From Candidatus Hadarchaeota archaeon (GTDB lineage Archaea > CAYQAE01 > CAYVLA01): a stretch of 12,034 nucleotides of DNA. A program made the translations under genes and the position numbers. A model generated the notes under the pieces. It searched no databases. It saw only the letters and a list, made by a program, of their open reading frames with translations, and was not told where the DNA came from. Of the stretch, positions 8,000 through 12,034 are shown piece after piece. The stretch is from NCBI GenBank assembly GCA_964452145.1, contig CAYVLA010000100.1, forward strand, positions 1 through 12,034, written 5' to 3'. The stretch's first letter is position 1. Each line of letters starts with the position of its first letter.

Positions 8000-9288
8000 T
8001 CACCGTACCAGACATCCATTCACGGGTCCCCAGAACTCGTGCCTGCGAGACCTTCGGCCCGGCGCTGCTCCTTGTCGGAGTGTTGTTGATAGCCTGCTCG
8101 GCTGAAGAGATCTGGGGCATCGATGATCCCTACATAGATCTGATGCTTTTCGGCAGAGGAATCATTTACCGCCACGCGCAGTTTGTGCTGGATGATCCCC
8201 TGATCAAGGTTGTCCTCGTTCCGATCGTCGGAGAGTTGGAGGATCGGCAAAGCATGGCAAGGGCAATGAGGGTCTACTATCCGAGAACCTACGAAAGCTT
8301 GGTTCGGAATGATGTTGTGATCTTTGAGGAGGCTCCTCTCGGCTGGGGTGGATTCACAAACTTCTACCCCGACATTCTTGGCTGGTTCAAGAAGATGGTG
8401 ATAGAGGGGGGGAAGGCCGTCTGCATGTTTGGAGGAGATGCCTCCTTCGGAAGTGAGGTGGAGTCGCCCTATCCCTCATGGGAGGACACACCGGTGGCGC
8501 AGATCCTGCCCGTCGACATAATCCCGGGGGGGAACAGGGCTGCACCTAGCTGGCCGAGCCCGTGGAGGCTCGTTCCCATCCAGATAAGATTCATCGACGA
8601 TGTCATGGGCCTTTCCAGGCTTCCATGGGACACGGCCCCTGTGCCGAATCTCCTCCTACCTCTGAATGCGGTGAACTTCAGGCTTGGCGCAACCAGGGTT
8701 GCCGTCGGCGCCTACAAGGACGACGAGTGGCCGCTGATCGCCTTCTGGAAGATCGGTGATGGGAGAAGCGTGGCGTACACAGCCGTCTACGGGTCGGGGG
8801 GCACCAGGGATCTCCATGACAAGTGGAAGTGGCACTATGACTTCGTATCGTACATGATTTATGCTGCAGCTGGGGTCCCGCCCCCCGAGGACATCAACGT
8901 GCCCCATGTCTTCAGGGAGAAGATGCGCACCTTCAGAAGCTTGAGGGACCTAGCGTACAGGTCCCTGGATTTCGTTGACAGGATGGGTGGGAACACTGCC
9001 AAGCTTGAGCGAAGAATAGCGGAGATCAGCCTTAAGAAAGACGATCTGTCGCTTGCGTACCTGGGTGGAGACTACGAGGTAGTGATCGAGGGAAGTGACG
9101 GGATACTCCGCGAGATGACGGAGATCCTGGAAGACATAGGTGCGCTGGGGAGGAGAACCATGTTCTGGATCTACCTAACGGAGTGGTGCGTTGTGAGCGG
9201 AACGATGGTGTTGTGCGGTTGGGTTCTCCACTTCTTGATGATCAGGAGGGGCCTGTACAGAGAGGTTGAAACCACCAGACTGGTGTGA
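7996..9288 (+). CDS. Secreted GATase1-like (DUF1355-like) domain protein with helical stalk and C-terminal TM anchor
   Basis: Hydrophobic ALLLVGVLLIACSA; motifs MVIEGGKAVCMFGGDASFG, WEDTPVAQILPVDI and PLIAFWKIGDGRSVAYT; amphipathic helices; TM FWIYLTEWCVVSGTMVLCGWVLHFLMI. ATGA overlap with the upstream gene. Confidence 0.7.
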   Translation: MITVPDIHSRVPRTRACETFGPALLLVGVLLIACSAEEIWGIDDPYIDLMLFGRGIIYRHAQFVLDDPLIKVVLVPIVGELEDRQSMARAMRVYYPRTYESLVRNDVVIFEEAPLGWGGFTNFYPDILGWFKKMVIEGGKAVCMFGGDASFGSEVESPYPSWEDTPVAQILPVDIIPGGNRAAPSWPSPWRLVPIQIRFIDDVMGLSRLPWDTAPVPNLLLPLNAVNFRLGATRVAVGAYKDDEWPLIAFWKIGDGRSVAYTAVYGSGGTRDLHDKWKWHYDFVSYMIYAAAGVPPPEDINVPHVFREKMRTFRSLRDLAYRSLDFVDRMGGNTAKLERRIAEISLKKDDLSLAYLGGDYEVVIEGSDGILREMTEILEDIGALGRRTMFWIYLTEWCVVSGTMVLCGWVLHFLMIRRGLYREVETTRLV

Positions 9289-9303
9289 CAAGGGAGTGGA
9301 CGT

Positions 9304-10173
9304 GTGCAGGAGGAAAGACCTCGGCATGTGCTGATTGGGATCGCGATCATCGGAATGCTCTTGGGTTCCATCGTCTTGACGCACGTTCCGCGCAGACACG
9401 CCGAGTCGGTGACCGTCCAAGAGAACCAGTTTCCCAGGCACATCCGGGCTGAACCCGGGACGGTTGGGGCGGTGACCCATCACCGGTTCAGTCTTGGGCT
9501 GTTCGCAGGCAGGTATCTCGACCGGGTTGAACTGAGATACTCTTACCTGACTCTAGACGCTTCCGTGAACTTGACCGAACTCAACCAGCATCTACAGAGA
9601 AGCGGGAATCTATCCGATGCTATTCACCAGATAGCTCGTCTCCTGAGCCTTACAGAAGACTATCCGGTTAAGCCCGAGATCTTGGACACACACATAACGC
9701 TTGAAGGACAGAACTATGCTGTAAGGGTCTACGATTTCACCAGGTTCTTCTCATCCCCTCCCTCATCTTCCCCGCATGCTTCCAGTTCACAAGTGGCGAA
9801 AGAGGCTCTCACAGCCCACCTTGTCATATTCGCCAATAACGGTAGCGTTATCCGCTACTACAAGGGAGTGTCCGATTTCGTCAGCGAACAGGGAACAGGG
9901 CTGAACCTTGCTTCCGTCACTACTCTTCGTGGAGCAGACAAGGAGATGTACTATGCTGGGGGCTACACGGAGGAGGAGAACGTCAAACCGATCGAGGAAA
10001 GACCTGCCATGGGGGTTGTCCGCTTCGACGATGTCAAGACAGGATCCACGCTGGGAGTCATATGTAACGCTGAATACAGATACGGGAGGGCAGAGTGTCT
10101 ACAGCTGGTACGGATTTACGTCAATGGAAGGATCGAGCAAGTGGTGGCAAACCCTGTCACGGTATCCGGCTAA
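9304..10173 (+). CDS. Hypothetical N-terminally membrane-anchored protein
   Basis: 289-aa ORF 15 nt after the previous stop, preceded by GGGAGTGGA; one N-terminal TM (VLIGIAIIGMLLGSIVL); sequons NLT, NLS and NGS; Ser/Pro patch SSPPSSSPHASSS. No family recognised. Confidence 0.7.
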   Translation: MQEERPRHVLIGIAIIGMLLGSIVLTHVPRRHAESVTVQENQFPRHIRAEPGTVGAVTHHRFSLGLFAGRYLDRVELRYSYLTLDASVNLTELNQHLQRSGNLSDAIHQIARLLSLTEDYPVKPEILDTHITLEGQNYAVRVYDFTRFFSSPPSSSPHASSSQVAKEALTAHLVIFANNGSVIRYYKGVSDFVSEQGTGLNLASVTTLRGADKEMYYAGGYTEEENVKPIEERPAMGVVRFDDVKTGSTLGVICNAEYRYGRAECLQLVRIYVNGRIEQVVANPVTVSG

Positions 10174-10237
10174 GCCAGAAACGCGCTTCGGCAGGAAGTA
10201 AGCAGCAGGCATAGCGCCTCTCGAAGGGGAGGGAAGA

Positions 10238-11134
10238 ATGGATAGAGAACTCTTGTTTCGAAGGAAGACGGCCATCTCGTACAAGACGGAAGAGAAAACC
10301 GTCATGCGAGGATATGATCTGAGCCAGCTGGCGGAGGAAGGCTACTCCTTCTGCGACGCTCTGTTCGTACTGTTCCAGAACAGGATTCCGACCCTGAATG
10401 AAGAGAAGATGCTTAGGTACGAGATGGGTGAGTTCATGGAGCATTCCATGTCGCCCTCGGCCGCGGCGGCCATCAGTGTCGTCGCTGGCCGGCCGGATCT
10501 CCCCTGCGCGGTCGCCACATCCGTTACCACCTTCGGCGCCGTCCACGGACCGGGCGCCGCCCATGGATACATGATGAACAAGTACATTGAACGGGCACGG
10601 ATTGAGGGGAAATCCATTGCCGAGATGGCGAAGATACTGGTTGATGAGTACTTGGATGCTAAGAAGCCGGTCATGGGGATGGGGCACCCCCAACACATCG
10701 ACAGCGACCCGAGGGCGGAGCCGACTCACGTCAAACAGGAAGAGCTGAAGGTCGACGGCGTATACCTCGAGTTTCAGAGAGCTGTCGAGGGACACCTCAA
10801 CGCCAGGCGCGAAAGGGAAGGCCGGTCCCGTGTGGGCGTTAACATTGTGGGTGCGGGCAATGCGGCCCTGTGTGACATCGGCTTTTCCCCTAACGCGGCC
10901 TGGTGCATTGGGAGCGTGTGTCGTGGATACAGTTGTGCAGCCCATGCTTTGTATAGCCTAAGAAAGGGACATGCTTGGGCGGCCTCCAAGAGGGAGGCGA
11001 TGGTCCAGATGCTTGATCTGAGCATGATTGAATACATCGGTCCCGAGGACAGGAAAGTGCCAAGCCAGGAAGAACGACAGGAGTACGCCGCGAAGCAGAA
11101 AGAACAAGGAGAGTACAAGAAATGGGCAATCTAG
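10238..11134 (+). CDS. Citrate synthase/citryl-CoA lyase-fold protein, paralog A
   Basis: TAIS..VMRGYDLSQL, MEHSMSPS, FGAVHGPG, PVMGMGHP..DPR, GFSP, CRGYSCAAH and YIGPEDR; upstream GGAGGGAAG RBS-like sequence. Confidence 0.88.
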   Translation: MDRELLFRRKTAISYKTEEKTVMRGYDLSQLAEEGYSFCDALFVLFQNRIPTLNEEKMLRYEMGEFMEHSMSPSAAAAISVVAGRPDLPCAVATSVTTFGAVHGPGAAHGYMMNKYIERARIEGKSIAEMAKILVDEYLDAKKPVMGMGHPQHIDSDPRAEPTHVKQEELKVDGVYLEFQRAVEGHLNARREREGRSRVGVNIVGAGNAALCDIGFSPNAAWCIGSVCRGYSCAAHALYSLRKGHAWAASKREAMVQMLDLSMIEYIGPEDRKVPSQEERQEYAAKQKEQGEYKKWAI

Positions 11135-12034
11135 ACGATCCCAGAATGCCGTACGACTACGGCAAGAGAGAGTACGGCACGGTCGCCTCGGATACCGAGA
11201 GGAAGCCGTTTCGATGGGTTTCGGAGGTTGCTTACAAGAATGTTCACCGCATCGTCGCGAGAGGATATGACACAACGGAGCTGGTGGAGGCAGGTTATGG
11301 ACTGGTCGACATGCTGTTCATAGACTTCCAGGCCAGAATACCGCTGGTCGAGGAAGAGCAGATGTTGAACTATGTCATGATTCTGGCGCTGGAGGATGGG
11401 CTGTCCGTGCCGGCTGCCCTGTCGAGGATTGTCGCACGGTCCAAGACTCTCCTAACACAGGCCTGCGGGGCATCCATTCTGGCGTTTGGCCATGCTTACG
11501 GAGCTTTTTCAGCGTTCTGCAAGATGCTGGAGCAGTATTTTGCCAAGGCCGAAGAAGAAGGAAGGACCACAGAAGAGCTGGCCGAGGAGTTGGTCAGAGA
11601 CAATATGGATAGCGAGGCGCTGGGCGTCTCCAACCTGATGCTGAAGGATCCGGCAGCCAAGCGGATGTTCGCGCGAGCGCAAGAGCTCGGGGTGGCAGGG
11701 AGATACATTGCCTTCACAAAGGAGATCGTCAAAGCGGCTCAAAGGATGAGCAGGGAGACCGTTGACTTGGACATGCTCGGTGCAATAGGAGCAACCATGA
11801 TGGACCTGGGCTTCTCGCCCGATGCGACCTGGGCCATCATCGCCGTTACGCGCGCCTTCGCAGCAGGTGCCCACTATATCGAAGAGGTCGAGAGAGGAGG
11901 GTATGTGCGGTGGGGCCAGACCCTGACACCTGAAGAGTATTACGATGGTCCCGCTGATCGACCCGTTCCCCCGTTGAAGGACCGGGACAAGATTGCCAAA
12001 CCCGCGCAAGTCCATACTCTGGACGAATGGAAGA
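11122..12034 (+). CDS. Citrate synthase/citryl-CoA lyase-fold protein, paralog B (partial, runs off the window; not in the ORF track)
   Basis: Frame open for 304 codons from ATG 11122, with AAGGAGAG upstream and a 13-nt overlap with paralog A: MGNLDDPRMP..RWVSEVAYK..IVARGYDTTELVEAGY..FQARIP..EEEQMLNY..EDGLS..FGHAYG..KDPAAKR..DMLGAIGATMMDLGFSPDATWAIIAVTRAFAAGAHYIEE..YDGPADRPVP. Collinear with paralog A. Confidence 0.88.
   Translation, partial: MGNLDDPRMPYDYGKREYGTVASDTERKPFRWVSEVAYKNVHRIVARGYDTTELVEAGYGLVDMLFIDFQARIPLVEEEQMLNYVMILALEDGLSVPAALSRIVARSKTLLTQACGASILAFGHAYGAFSAFCKMLEQYFAKAEEEGRTTEELAEELVRDNMDSEALGVSNLMLKDPAAKRMFARAQELGVAGRYIAFTKEIVKAAQRMSRETVDLDMLGAIGATMMDLGFSPDATWAIIAVTRAFAAGAHYIEEVERGGYVRWGQTLTPEEYYDGPADRPVPPLKDRDKIAKPAQVHTLDEWK

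Noticed and set aside
10157..12015. Long minus-strand ORFs 10157-10945 and 11509-12015 and plus-strand ORF 11028-11270
   Set aside because: They are shadows or alternative frames of the two citrate-synthase-fold genes, as expected in GC-rich DNA.

Overview
The window is probably from an archaeon; this is inferred from TATA-like boxes 27-40 nt before start codons, an archaeosortase-style C-terminal sorting signal and N-glycosylation sequons. It has two halves. Positions 1-3430 are a decayed, rearranged zone: a 3'-truncated IS91-family (HUH/Y2) transposase abuts a 5'-truncated PmbA/TldE gene, followed by a degraded ISAzo13-family transposase whose end interrupts a 37-codon ilvC remnant missed by the ORF track. 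Positions 3714-12034 look intact. A minus-strand sugar-phosphate isomerase/epimerase diverges across a repeat-rich spacer from a long plus-strand run: membrane-anchored winged-HTH protein, 8-repeat FG-GAP beta-propeller with a PIPE-TM-KRR tail, two secreted GATase-like (ThuA-like, DUF1355-like) membrane-anchored proteins, an unknown membrane protein, and two overlapping citrate-synthase/citryl-CoA-lyase-fold paralogs. The second paralog runs off the window and is absent from the ORF track. The best novelty candidates are the citrate-synthase-fold pair (neither keeps the canonical catalytic Asp, and the second also lacks the catalytic histidines) and the surface-protein cluster with its membrane-tethered regulator. 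All family calls come from recognising motifs by eye; no searches were run.
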